In this document: one piece after another, positions 1 through 12,047 of the stretch
How positions within the stretch are numbered: the stretch's first letter is position 1
Layout: every line of letters starts with the position of its first letter
DNA from: Alphaproteobacteria bacterium
GTDB lineage: Bacteria > Pseudomonadota > Alphaproteobacteria > JAQWUY01
Direction: 5' to 3'
NCBI GenBank assembly: GCA_965232465.1
Contig: OZ246977.1
Span: 1,348,649 to 1,412,648, forward strand
Length of the DNA: 64,000 nt
The notes under the pieces: model-generated
What the model was told of the DNA's origin: nothing
Databases searched by the model: none
What the model saw: the letters and a program-made list of their open reading frames with translations, nothing else
Position numbers and translations under genes: made by a program

Positions 1-235
1 CCATACTATATTTTGTTATTATCTGTTCAGTTAGCACAAAAAACAAGTATAAACAACATCCTTTGTGCTTAATAAATGGGGTGTTGTAGAAGATAACTTG
101 GAACTTGATCATACTAAACATAGGGTTTATTCAAATGCTCATTGTGCATAGGAGCATTTAAATAAGGCTTATATGCGTTTATAGTGTGGACATGGTTCTT
201 ATTAACTTATAATGACATAAAGGAAAAATTTATCA

Positions 236-1734
236 TGTTTTCACAAAATACGGATAAGCCTCTGGTTTATCTATCTTTTATGGTGTTGCTTGCTATAGTA
301 ATACCGATTGTTGTTCTGCCTGAAGCTTCTGGTCGTGTTATCGATTGGGCATTTGGCGTGGTAACTGCCAAATTTAGCTGGCTGTTTTTATTGGCGGGGT
401 TTGGATTTGTTGGGACATTGCTCGTCATTGCGTTCAGTAAATATGGTAGCATCCGCATGGGTGCAGATAAACCCCAATATTCAGACTTTTCTTGGTTTGC
501 CATGTTGTTTACAGCTGGTGTGACCGCTGCGATTATTTATTGGTCGGTTATTGAATGGGGATATTATATCGACGGTCCACCTTTAAATATTGCAGCCCGC
601 ACACGAGAGGCAAAAGAATGGGCATTAGCATATGGTATATTTCACTGGGGTCCCACTGGATGGGCGTTTTATACGGTGTTATCCTTGCCATTTGCATATA
701 TGTTATTTGTCAAAAAACAATCCCATTGTGATATGTTAAACTTATGCAAACCAGCACTGCCAAGCATTGGTAATAGTTGGGGAATGGTATTTAACTTACT
801 GTTCGTGGTTAGCTTACTGGCGGGTGTTGCCACTAGCCTTGGACTGGGCACGCCATTATTAACAGAAATTGCGAATCAGCTAATGGGAACAGGTAATGGC
901 TATGATATACAATTGGCGGTTATCATCGCCATTACAGTCGTATTTTCTTGGTCTGTGTATAGTGGATTAGATAAGGGCATTAAAAATCTTAGCAAAATTG
1001 CCACGATTATGATATTGGTATTATTGATGTATACTCTAATTTTTGGTCCAACTATTTTTATACTAGAAGCATTTTCAAATTCCTTAGGTTTGATCTTAGG
1101 CAACTTTATTGAAATCAGTCTATGGACGGATGTGACCAATGCAAATGCCAAATTTACCCATTGGTGGACAGTATTTTATTGGGCTTGGTGGGCTGTATAT
1201 GGTCCATTTATGGGTATGTTTATCGCCCGTATTTCCCAAGGTCGTACCATACGCCAAATGGTATTTGGTGCGTTGGGATATGGTACACTAGGTTCGGCTG
1301 TATGTTTCAGCATCTTTGGTGGATATGCTATGAATCTGGAGTTAAGTGGTGTATTAGAAGTTACCAAAGTTATGAAAGACAGCGGTGACCCCATGGCAAT
1401 TGCCCAAGTGTTTGCATCCTTACCAGCTGGCAAATTGGTATTGGTATTCTTGGGGGTTGCAGCATTGATTATGTTGGCAACAACATTTGATTCCGCATCT
1501 TATACTTTGGCGATGATTTCTTCCAAGGATTTAAAACCTGGTGTCGACCCAGATCGTAATTTACGCTTGATATGGTGTTTTGCAATAGCCATCTTGCCCA
1601 TTGGATTATTGTTCTTGGGGGGATTAGGACCATTAAGAACCGTATCGATTGTTATGGGATTGCCCATGTTGATATTATTAACATTGGGATTAAAATCTTT
1701 CCTAAACATGGTAAATAAAAAATTATTATCTTAA
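236..1734 (+). CDS. BCCT-family transporter (betaine/carnitine/choline type)
   Basis: Polytopic membrane protein with the BCCT signature WTVFYWAWW. The track ORF starts at GTG 184; ATG 236 follows an AGGAAA ribosome-binding site and is the likelier start. Confidence 0.85.
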
Positions 1735-1746
1735 AATATGCACAAA

Positions 1747-1778
1747 AAAACCACAGCCAGTAGAAGGCTGTGGTTTTT
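1747..1778 (+). terminator. Rho-independent terminator downstream of the BCCT gene
   Basis: Perfect 8-bp stem ccacagcc/ggctgtgg with a 7-nt loop, followed by a T-run. Confidence 0.7.
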
Positions 1779-1849
1779 AAATTATAAATAAAGTCATGCG
1801 GATTATTTATTGAATAATAAGAGGTATGATAGGAACGATATTGTTGTGT

Positions 1850-2140
1850 TTAAGAGCTAATAAATTGTAATATTTCAAAGCCAGTATAAAAAATTAAGAA
1901 TGCACTAGCTATCAATAATTGATACTTATATTCTTTGAGTACGCCAAACTGTTCGCTATCGTGTTTTAATATTTGAATACTAAAATCTATTGACGATAAA
2001 AGAGCTACTATTAAAAAATATACTTGAATATAAGTATTTTGCTCGGAAGGAATGATAAAAACAGCAAAGGGAATAAAAGCAATAGTACTTAGAATGAATG
2101 TTTTACTTAAAGTATCAAGATTTTTAATTTTTTTAATCAT
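1850..2140 (-). CDS. Hypothetical small membrane protein (96 aa, about 3 TM segments)
   Basis: Open frame with hydrophobic segments; no recognisable family. Confidence 0.35.
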   Translation of the reverse strand: MIKKIKNLDTLSKTFILSTIAFIPFAVFIIPSEQNTYIQVYFLIVALLSSIDFSIQILKHDSEQFGVLKEYKYQLLIASAFLIFYTGFEILQFISS

Positions 2141-2154
2141 GATATCATTTTTTA

Positions 2155-2289
2155 GAAGATATCAAATACACGATAGCACCAGCCAATACCGCACCAACAA
2201 GTACAGCATTTAATGTGGCAATACTGATCCCTGCAATAGTGGCACCTGTGGCGGCACCTGTAGCTGTGTTTTTTAATTGTGGATTCATA
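2155..2289 (-). CDS. Hypothetical 44-aa glycine-zipper membrane peptide
   Basis: Not in the ORF track (below 60 aa). ATG at 2289 is preceded by AAGGA. Product: MNPQLKNTATGAATGATIAGISIATLNAVLVGAVLAGAIVYLISSK. Confidence 0.35.
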
Positions 2290-2536
2290 TAATTTATCCT
2301 TTAAAATAAAAAGTGTACATATGTCTGTGCAAGTAACACGATGTTTATTATATAAGGTTTAAAACAAAAATACAAGTAGATAGTTTTTTATGGAACCAGT
2401 AGCAGGCTGTGATTTTTTAATTATAAAAATCATTTAGAGTTGAATTTTTCTATATTATAGTATATGGTGTAATCGATATATGTTTAAATGTCGCATAATG
2501 AATATTATGTTAAATGGTATGATAAGGAATTGTAAA

Positions 2537-3334
2537 ATGAAATTTTTAAAATTGATGTCTATTATATTTGTTGCAATCAGCACATTTATGCGTCCTGTAT
2601 ATGCACAAAGTGTTATTGAAGAAATTGTCAAACGCGGAACATTACGGGTTGGATTCAGTACATTTAAACCGTGGGCGTTTTTGAATAAAACCGGTAATTG
2701 GGTAGGATATGAAATAGATGTTTCCAAAAAACTTGCCGAAGACTTAGGGGTTAAATTGGAACTGATACCCACCGCTTGGGATGGTATTATCCCTGCCCTG
2801 AATGCGGGTAAATTTGATATGATCATCGGGGGTATGAGCTTAACCACCAAACGCAATTTAACTGTAAACTTTTCCAATCCTTATGGAGGTATGGAATATG
2901 TGGTGCTGGCATCCATTAAGCACAAAGATGTGAAAATTGTTGACATTAACACCCGTAAATATCAATTTACCGCCCGTCGTGGGGCAATTCCAGCCACACT
3001 GACAAAGAAAACTTTTCCACAAGCAAAGCTATTACAATTTGATGATGATGGTGTATCTGCACAAGAAGTCATTAATGGTAAGGCGGATTTTACAGTGACC
3101 ACAGGCATAGATGCTGCGGATCATATTGATGAATATCCTGAAAATGTCGTACTATTAGAAAATGGTAAATCCTTATCTTACACACCCGCATCTATTGCCC
3201 TACGTAAAGGCGACATTGATACCTTGAATGTCATAAACAACTGGATTTTACTAAACAAAAACAGTGGCTGGTTACAAGAAAAATCTGATTATTGGTTTAA
3301 AACCAAAAAATGGAAAGATCAACTGCCAAAATAA
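2537..3334 (+). CDS. Polar amino-acid ABC transporter substrate-binding protein (family 3 SBP)
   Basis: Signal peptide MKFLKLMSIIFVAISTFMRPVYAQ. Family-3 SBP motifs such as GTLRVG, GYEIDV and IIPALNAGKFDMIIGGMS. AAGGA ribosome-binding site before ATG 2537. Confidence 0.8.
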   Translation: MKFLKLMSIIFVAISTFMRPVYAQSVIEEIVKRGTLRVGFSTFKPWAFLNKTGNWVGYEIDVSKKLAEDLGVKLELIPTAWDGIIPALNAGKFDMIIGGMSLTTKRNLTVNFSNPYGGMEYVVLASIKHKDVKIVDINTRKYQFTARRGAIPATLTKKTFPQAKLLQFDDDGVSAQEVINGKADFTVTTGIDAADHIDEYPENVVLLENGKSLSYTPASIALRKGDIDTLNVINNWILLNKNSGWLQEKSDYWFKTKKWKDQLPK

Positions 3335-3339
3335 CATTT

Positions 3340-3843
3340 TTAATATGCCTTAAATCCTTCGGCAATACTGTAAAGAATGCTGTAATCATAAGTGTTGGGG
3401 TTAAATCCTCCGGTTGTTGCAGTGCTGGCAACAACCACACAGCCCAGTTCATTTAAAACTTGTGTTACCTGTGGCAATGCCCGAATACCCCCCAATGGAC
3501 CAGGGGCGGCTGCCATTAACATGGTGTGTTTGCCTGATAATGGTGTTTGTTTTTTACCGCCAGAAAAATTTCCTGTTGTGGAAATCCAATCCAGTACATT
3601 TTTACCATATGAGGAAAAAGTACTATTATATTCGGGCGTAGCAAATATAACTTTATCAGCGTTCAGAATTTTATCACACAACGATTGTAAGCCTGCGGGT
3701 TCTTCCATACCAACTTGAAACAAAGGGAAATCCACTTGTTCAAAGGGGATACTTTCCCCACCAATATAATTCAAAACAGTTTCCAATGCTATACGATTAA
3801 TGCTGTTGGGATTATTAGATAAGGTTATGCCTATTATATTCAT
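3340..3843 (-). CDS. NAD(P)H-dependent FMN reductase (flavodoxin-like fold)
   Basis: The N-terminal MNIIGITLS..., the internal KVIFATPEYNSTFS segment and the GKHTMLMAAAPGPLGG glycine-rich segment are typical of SsuE/ChrR-type FMN reductases. GAGGA ribosome-binding site. Confidence 0.75.
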   Translation of the reverse strand: MNIIGITLSNNPNSINRIALETVLNYIGGESIPFEQVDFPLFQVGMEEPAGLQSLCDKILNADKVIFATPEYNSTFSSYGKNVLDWISTTGNFSGGKKQTPLSGKHTMLMAAAPGPLGGIRALPQVTQVLNELGCVVVASTATTGGFNPNTYDYSILYSIAEGFKAY

Positions 3844-3961
3844 GTTTTCCTCGCTCAGTAAAATAGTTACACTTAAAATATATATTTAATTTTAGAAAAA
3901 TATGTAAAAATATGTTATAAGCACATTAACATAATATGTCATAAAAAGGGAGTCCAAATAA

Positions 3962-6211
3962 ATGGAAAAGAAAAGCATTAAACAAGAAGCCTTACATTTT
4001 CACGCACAAGGCAAACCGGGTAAATTAGAAATTTCCCCCACGAAACCCTTAACCACACAGTGGGATTTATCGTTGGCATATTCCCCTGGGGTGGCACATC
4101 CATGTACAGAGATTGAAAAAAATCCCCTACTGTCTTATGAATATACGAATCGTGCCAATATGGTTGCGGTTATTTCCAATGGTACTGCCGTTTTGGGGTT
4201 AGGTAATATTGGGGCATTGGCATCAAAACCTGTTATGGAGGGTAAATGCGTTTTATTCAAGAAATTTGCCGATGTGGATGCCATTGACTTAGAACTTGCA
4301 ACCGAAGATATAGATTCGTTTATCGATGCTGTATCACTGATGGGACCTAGTTTTGGTGGGATTAACCTTGAAGATATCAAAGCACCTGAATGCTTTATAA
4401 TTGAACAACAATTAAAGCAAAAAATGGATATTCCTGTATTTCATGACGATCAACATGGTACAGCTATTGTAGCTGCCGCTGGGCTTATTAATGCGGCCCA
4501 TATCGTCGGTAAAAATTTTGCCCATATGAAATTGGTGGTAAATGGTGCTGGGGCCGCATCCATATCTTGTGTGGAATTGGTAAAATCCATGGGTATCAAA
4601 GACGAAAATGTTATCTTATGTGACAGCAAAGGCGTGATTTACCAAGGGCGTAAAGCAGGCATGAACCAATGGAAATCAAAACATGCGGTAAAGACTGATG
4701 ACCGTACCCTAAGTGATGCAATCAAAGGGGCGGATGCTTTCTTTGGACTGAGTATCAAGGATGCATTAAACAAGGATATGATTGCGTCTATGGCAAAAGA
4801 CCCGATTATTTTTGCCATGGCAAATCCAGACCCTGAAACCACCCCGGACGAAGTGGCAAAAATTCGTAATGATGCCATTGTAGCCACAGGACGGTCTGAT
4901 TATGTCAACCAAGTCAACAATGTACTGGGTTTTCCATTTATATTCCGTGGGGCATTGGATGTACAAGCCACCAAAATTAACGAAGAGATGAAAATCGCAG
5001 CCGCACATGCAATTGCTGAACTGGCCCGTTTACCTGTACCAGCGGAAATATTACAATCGTATGGGTATGAACAAATTAATTTTGGGAAACAGTATATTAT
5101 TCCCATGCCATTTGATTATCGTTTAATCAGTGTGGTATCCCCTGCGGTGGCAAAGGCGGCAATGGATACAGGCGTTGCACAAAAACCCATTCAAAATATG
5201 GATGCATATGTGCAATCATTAAAGAATCGCTTGGATCCAACCGCAAATGCCATGCAGGCCATATTTAACCGCTTAAAGCAACAGCCAAAACGGGTAGTGT
5301 TCGCCGAAGGAGAAAACGAACACACTATTATGGCCGCCAGTGCATATCAAGAGGCGGGATATGGAGATGCTATTTTAATTGGTAATGTGGGGTATGTACA
5401 AAATAAATTGAAGGAAATGAATATTGCCACTGACTTAACAATTGTCGATGCAGCCAGCACCCCTGATATTGATAATATGATTGATAATATGTATCAATCC
5501 ATGTGGCGTAAGGGATTGTTAAAAAGAGATATTAGCCGTTTAATGAAAACAGACAGAAATGTATTTTCAGTGGCGTATATGCGGGCGGGTAAGGCGGATG
5601 CTATGATAACCGCATCTAGTCGTACATATACTTCTAACTTGGATATGGTGGCAGAATTTATCCCCCCTGCCCCCAACAAAACCCCCATTGGAATTATGAT
5701 GATAATATCCAAAGGGCGGACAGTATTTTTGGCGGATGCATCGATTCACAAACGCCCAACAGCGGAACAACTGGCCGAAATTGCAAAATCTGCCGCCTTG
5801 TTTGCACACCGTATGGGACACACACCAAGGGTAGCATTTGTATCCTTTTCCAGTTTTGGCAGTCGCCCAGGGCGCACCCACGATTGTATACAACAAGCAC
5901 GGTATATTTTAAATATTGAACAAGTATCATTTGAACACGATGGGGAAATGTTGGCACATTTGGCATTAAATTATGATGTGTTGCAACAATATTATCCACA
6001 AACGAATCTGTCCACATCGGCAAATATTCTGGTTGTGCCAGATTTAACCACCGCTTCTGTTGCTAGTCGTATTTTACAAGAATTGGGGGGCGGACATGTT
6101 ATGGGTCCCCTGTTAACAGGGTATGAAATTCCTGTGCAAATTCCACAAATTACCACATCTGCCAACGATTTAATAAACTTGGCAGTGTTATCGGCTTATG
6201 ATAGTATATAA
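3962..6211 (+). CDS. maeB: NADP-dependent malic enzyme with C-terminal phosphotransacetylase-like domain
   Basis: 749 aa with malic-enzyme N-terminal motifs (AYSPGVA, NGTAVLGLGNIG) and a PTA-like C-terminal half. Confidence 0.9.
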   Translation: MEKKSIKQEALHFHAQGKPGKLEISPTKPLTTQWDLSLAYSPGVAHPCTEIEKNPLLSYEYTNRANMVAVISNGTAVLGLGNIGALASKPVMEGKCVLFKKFADVDAIDLELATEDIDSFIDAVSLMGPSFGGINLEDIKAPECFIIEQQLKQKMDIPVFHDDQHGTAIVAAAGLINAAHIVGKNFAHMKLVVNGAGAASISCVELVKSMGIKDENVILCDSKGVIYQGRKAGMNQWKSKHAVKTDDRTLSDAIKGADAFFGLSIKDALNKDMIASMAKDPIIFAMANPDPETTPDEVAKIRNDAIVATGRSDYVNQVNNVLGFPFIFRGALDVQATKINEEMKIAAAHAIAELARLPVPAEILQSYGYEQINFGKQYIIPMPFDYRLISVVSPAVAKAAMDTGVAQKPIQNMDAYVQSLKNRLDPTANAMQAIFNRLKQQPKRVVFAEGENEHTIMAASAYQEAGYGDAILIGNVGYVQNKLKEMNIATDLTIVDAASTPDIDNMIDNMYQSMWRKGLLKRDISRLMKTDRNVFSVAYMRAGKADAMITASSRTYTSNLDMVAEFIPPAPNKTPIGIMMIISKGRTVFLADASIHKRPTAEQLAEIAKSAALFAHRMGHTPRVAFVSFSSFGSRPGRTHDCIQQARYILNIEQVSFEHDGEMLAHLALNYDVLQQYYPQTNLSTSANILVVPDLTTASVASRILQELGGGHVMGPLLTGYEIPVQIPQITTSANDLINLAVLSAYDSI

Positions 6212-6239
6212 ACAATGTTTTAGAAAATATAAAATAAAA

Positions 6240-6268
6240 AACAGCCCTGTAAAGGCTGTTTTTTTTAT
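6240..6268. terminator. Bidirectional rho-independent terminator (maeB / tRNA-Ser)
   Basis: acagcc-ctgtaaa-ggctgt hairpin with an A-run before and a T-run after. Confidence 0.7.
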
Positions 6269-6272
6269 ATCT

Positions 6273-6360
6273 GGCGGAGAGACCGGGACTTGAACCCGGG
6301 CATCAGTTTGACCCGATGACGGATTAGCAATCCGCTGCATTACCACTCTGCCACCTCTCC
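6273..6360 (-). tRNA. tRNA-Ser (anticodon GCU), long variable arm
   Basis: The reverse complement folds as a cloverleaf: GGAGAGG acceptor, anticodon loop GGATTGCTAATCC, long extra arm, T-arm GGTTCAAGTCC, 3' CCA. Confidence 0.9.
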
Positions 6361-6431
6361 AAATATTTCACCCATTTATAAGGCGTGTCGATATATTTGT
6401 CAATTAAAAAAAGTATATATTAGATATAATT

Positions 6432-8393
<1,962 letters not shown>

Positions 8394-8423
8394 CTAAAAG
8401 TATGCGTTTTTTAGTGTGTATGT

Positions 8424-8801
8424 TTACTCGTTTGTCATATTACGCAATTTTTGTAATCTTGCCAATATATTTTCCACATCTTTTACCAATGTATGTGTTG
8501 TTTTTGTCATATCCTTGGATATATCCAAATTACCTTGTCGAAACGCTTTTATTCCATGTATCTTAATTAACCTTAACACCCCTTGTGTAGTGTATCCTTC
8601 GTTTTTTAGATAATGGTGAATGCGTTGTAAATAAGCAATATCATCGCTTGTATATAAGCGATTATGTCCATCAATTTTCTTCGGATTTAAATATGGAAAT
8701 TTTTTTTCCCAGAACCTAAGCGTGTGGATTCCCACACCAACAATATTTGATACATCCCTTATGCCTTTATATACAGGTTCAGTCATAAGGATAATATACA
8801 C
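8424..8801 (-). CDS. MerR-family transcriptional regulator
   Basis: MerR HTH segment (IRDVSNIVGVGIHTLRFWEKKF). Its position after ihfA is the usual alphaproteobacterial arrangement. Confidence 0.7.
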   Translation of the reverse strand: MYIILMTEPVYKGIRDVSNIVGVGIHTLRFWEKKFPYLNPKKIDGHNRLYTSDDIAYLQRIHHYLKNEGYTTQGVLRLIKIHGIKAFRQGNLDISKDMTKTTHTLVKDVENILARLQKLRNMTNE

Positions 8802-8807
8802 AAAAAA

Positions 8808-9098
8808 TTATATTTTTTCCACCTTATTTTTCAATTGGTTGCTCACCCGAAATGAAACCACTCTGCGGGCGGAAATAACGGCTTCTTCCTTGGTCTTGGG
8901 ATTACGACCTATGCGTTCAGACTTTTGCCGCACAGAAAAAGTACCAAAAGAAGAAATCTTGACTTGATTACTTTCATTTAACTCTTCTGTTATAATATCC
9001 ATCAAGTCCGCAACAACATCAATAATCTCCTTGCGGGGGATACCAGTCTTTGCATGAATATCTTTAACTAAACCCGCTTTTGTCAAAGGATTGGTCAT
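8808..9098 (-). CDS. ihfA: Integration host factor subunit alpha
   Basis: 96-aa HU/IHF-fold protein with GIPRKEIIDVVADLMDII... and GRNPKT. Confidence 0.85.
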   Translation of the reverse strand: MTNPLTKAGLVKDIHAKTGIPRKEIIDVVADLMDIITEELNESNQVKISSFGTFSVRQKSERIGRNPKTKEEAVISARRVVSFRVSNQLKNKVEKI

Positions 9099-9186
9099 TT
9101 TTTATCTCCTAACAATTAATTATTTGTATACCTACACGCCACTTTATACCAAAAAGAATATGGTAATGCAAGTAAAATAACGCATG

Positions 9187-10143
9187 TTACCATTTTAATA
9201 AAGCTGACCCCCAACTGAATCCTGCACCCATAACAGTTAAAGCAATTATATCATTGGCTTTAAACATTTCTTTTTGTACCGCTTGGTGCATGGCAACAGG
9301 CACAGTCGCCGCCGAAATATTGGCATGATTTTGTAATGAAACAATAATCTTATTCATGGGAACTTGTAATTGATTGGCAACGGCTTTAATAATCCGCAAA
9401 TTTGCCTGATGTGGTACCACCCAATCCACATCGGATAATGCTATATTATTGTGGACAAGGGCGGTTTCAATCGCCGTCGACATGGCGTTTATTGCAAATT
9501 TATACACAGACTTGCCATCCATATGAATACCCTGTATGCTACCGGTGGGGTCGTTTGGCTTGGTGTGGGCAATTAAATCGTGCGTATACGCCCCATCAGA
9601 AAACAAATGGGTCGACAATATCCCTTGTCTATCCGATTGTTCGACAACCACCGCCCCCGCCCCATCACCAAATAACACACAAGTGTTGCGATCAGACCAA
9701 TCGAGCATACGGGAAAACAAATCGACCCCGATAACCAATATGCGTTTGGCTTGGGACAGCATAATCATATTATGGGCATTATTCAGGGCAAATACAAACC
9801 CTGCACATGCGGCCGCCACATCATATGCAGGCACAGCAATACGCATTTTTTGTGCCACACTGGTGGCAACAGATGGAAAGGAATAATCCCCTGAAACAGT
9901 GGCAACAATAATTGCGTCTATGTCGGAAAATTGTAATCCTGCATTAGCAATGGCAATGTTGCCAGATTCAAATGCCAAATCTGCACAAGTTTCGTCTTCC
10001 ACTATATGGCGGGTACGAATACCAGTACGGCTGATAATCCAATCATGATTTGTGTCGACCATCTTGGATAAATCATCGTTAGTGATAACCTTGGGTGGTA
10101 AATAAGACCCTACACCTGTGATACATGCATTTTTTAATTCCAT
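9187..10143 (-). CDS. fabH: 3-oxoacyl-ACP synthase III
   Basis: 318 aa; N-terminal ITGVGSYLPPKVITNDDL and the thiolase-fold catalytic region. Confidence 0.9.
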   Translation of the reverse strand: MELKNACITGVGSYLPPKVITNDDLSKMVDTNHDWIISRTGIRTRHIVEDETCADLAFESGNIAIANAGLQFSDIDAIIVATVSGDYSFPSVATSVAQKMRIAVPAYDVAAACAGFVFALNNAHNMIMLSQAKRILVIGVDLFSRMLDWSDRNTCVLFGDGAGAVVVEQSDRQGILSTHLFSDGAYTHDLIAHTKPNDPTGSIQGIHMDGKSVYKFAINAMSTAIETALVHNNIALSDVDWVVPHQANLRIIKAVANQLQVPMNKIIVSLQNHANISAATVPVAMHQAVQKEMFKANDIIALTVMGAGFSWGSALLKW

Positions 10144-10152
10144 AACATACTC

Positions 10153-11199
10153 TTATTCATTTTCATAATGCAATGCATTACTTTTTTCTAGTTCGTGTTG
10201 CAAAGAAGTAATAAAATCTTGTTCCACTAAGTTAATGGCAATTTTTATGGCATTGGAAAACCCAAAAGCATTTGTTGCCCCATGTGATTTTATGGCAATA
10301 CCATTTAAGCCTAACATGATTGCCCCATTATATAGGGAAGGATCCAAGCGTTTTCTTAATCGTAAAAACACAGGAAGTGCACACACCATGCCTAATATCC
10401 CGAACACAGACGAAAGAATTGATTTTTTTAAAATTTTACTGATTAAGCGTGCTGTACCTTCCATAGATTTTAGGGCGATATTGCCACTGAAACCATCGGT
10501 TACAACCACATTGACAGTGCTTTTCATAATATCATCACCTTCGACAAAACCATGATAATTTACCAATGCATGACTGGATAAAAGATTTGCTGTTTGATGT
10601 AATTCTGGGTGTCCTTTGGTATTTTCTGCCCCCACGTTCAAAACGCCAACAGAGGGATTTTTTATGCGATGCAGAAGGGTAAAGAACAACGACCCCATGA
10701 TACTGAATTGTACCAAATTTTTCGCATCGACACTGATATTTGCCCCCAAATCCAAAATAGAAGTGGGTCCATTTTGTGTGGGAATACTGGTACATAAAGC
10801 AGGTCGGCTTACACCCTTTATCAATCGTAAAGTAAACATTGATAACGCCATTAGTGCTCCTGTATTTCCCCCAGAAACCGCACAATGGGCGGTACCTTCT
10901 TTGACTGCTTGGAATACTTGGGCCATGGAACTGTCCCGCCCTGTGCGTAATACAGCACTCGGCTTTTCGCCCGCTTTAATCACACGGTCTGTGTGGACAA
11001 CTTCCAACCGGTCTTGCAGGCGTTTGTATTTTTTTAATTGAATCTGTATGGGTGCGGATTTGCCATATACGATAAAGCGTACATTTTTGTGCGTTTTTGC
11101 GACCAAATTAGCCGCACCGATGACAACGCCAACACCTTTGTCACATCCCATAGCGTCTAACGCCACAACTATTGTATCTGTACTTTTTTGTTTTAACAT
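10153..11199 (-). CDS. plsX: Phosphate acyltransferase
   Basis: 348 aa; N-terminal IVVALDAMGCDKG. Upstream of fabH as usual. Confidence 0.9.
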   Translation of the reverse strand: MLKQKSTDTIVVALDAMGCDKGVGVVIGAANLVAKTHKNVRFIVYGKSAPIQIQLKKYKRLQDRLEVVHTDRVIKAGEKPSAVLRTGRDSSMAQVFQAVKEGTAHCAVSGGNTGALMALSMFTLRLIKGVSRPALCTSIPTQNGPTSILDLGANISVDAKNLVQFSIMGSLFFTLLHRIKNPSVGVLNVGAENTKGHPELHQTANLLSSHALVNYHGFVEGDDIMKSTVNVVVTDGFSGNIALKSMEGTARLISKILKKSILSSVFGILGMVCALPVFLRLRKRLDPSLYNGAIMLGLNGIAIKSHGATNAFGFSNAIKIAINLVEQDFITSLQHELEKSNALHYENE

Positions 11200-11203
11200 T
11201 ATA

Positions 11204-11734
11204 TTATTTCTCTTTTAAGGTCCGTAACACATCAAATGGACTATGTTTTTTGTTTTTTAGCATTATATCTTTTTTGGGATTAGGTGTATATTCGAACCAT
11301 GCTCCCTGTTTTACTGGGTTGGTTGGTAATGCCAACAGTAATTCTTGAATACAAGATTCATAAATGTCGATAGTACCATTTTCAATAGGTTCAGGCAACA
11401 AATATGTTTCGTCTGTATTTTCGTCACTGTGCATGTTATATCCATAATCCACTTCCATGGGGGCGTTTATATCCATTTCGAACACATCACTACTCAGCCC
11501 ACAAACAACCATAATAGTCGCCCGAATATCACCGCTCAGACGGTACATATCATGCGTTGCTAGTAAGGGTTTCAGACACATTCTGGCAGAATACGCCTTT
11601 ATCTGCGTATCCGCAGGCATGCGTTCACTATTTAATTGTGCCAATTCATATTCTTGACACACCCACTCATAAAACTGTCCTTTTGTAGGAATATCCTGGA
11701 CAATAATGCGTTTTGATAAAGTTACTTTTGCCAT
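11204..11734 (-). CDS. YceD/DUF177-family protein
   Basis: 176-aa acidic protein directly upstream of plsX, where yceD usually sits. The family call rests mainly on position and size. Confidence 0.55.
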   Translation of the reverse strand: MAKVTLSKRIIVQDIPTKGQFYEWVCQEYELAQLNSERMPADTQIKAYSARMCLKPLLATHDMYRLSGDIRATIMVVCGLSSDVFEMDINAPMEVDYGYNMHSDENTDETYLLPEPIENGTIDIYESCIQELLLALPTNPVKQGAWFEYTPNPKKDIMLKNKKHSPFDVLRTLKEK

Positions 11735-11737
11735 GTA

Positions 11738-11956
11738 TTATTTGTGGCGAAAGGTAATTCGCCCCTTGGTTAAGTCATAAGGGGTCATTTCCACATCCAC
11801 TTTGTCCCCCACCATAACACGAATGCGGAATTTACGCATTTTACCAGCTGTATGTGCGATGATTTCATGTCCATTTTCCAATCGCACACGAAAAGTGGCA
11901 TTTGGTAAATTTTCAATGACTGTACCGCTAAATTGAATCAATTCTTCTTTTGCCAT
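11738..11956 (-). CDS. infA: Translation initiation factor IF-1
   Basis: [72 protein letters not shown] is canonical IF-1. The track ORF carries 8 extra N-terminal residues. Confidence 0.9.
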   Translation of the reverse strand: MAKEELIQFSGTVIENLPNATFRVRLENGHEIIAHTAGKMRKFRIRVMVGDKVDVEMTPYDLTKGRITFRHK

Positions 11957-12047
11957 GTAGTATCCTTTTTTGTTACACATATACTGAGATTTTCATTGAT
12001 GGCTCATTTATGCCTTATTTAGATAAAAAAATCAATATATTTTCTTG

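Noticed and set aside
267-1709. Short ORFs on both strands nested in the BCCT gene, for example 267-503 and 1176-1433. Similar nested ORFs occur inside maeB, parE, mfd, valS and the mur genes.
   Set aside because: They lie entirely within well-supported long genes, lack ribosome-binding sites and have no family resemblance.
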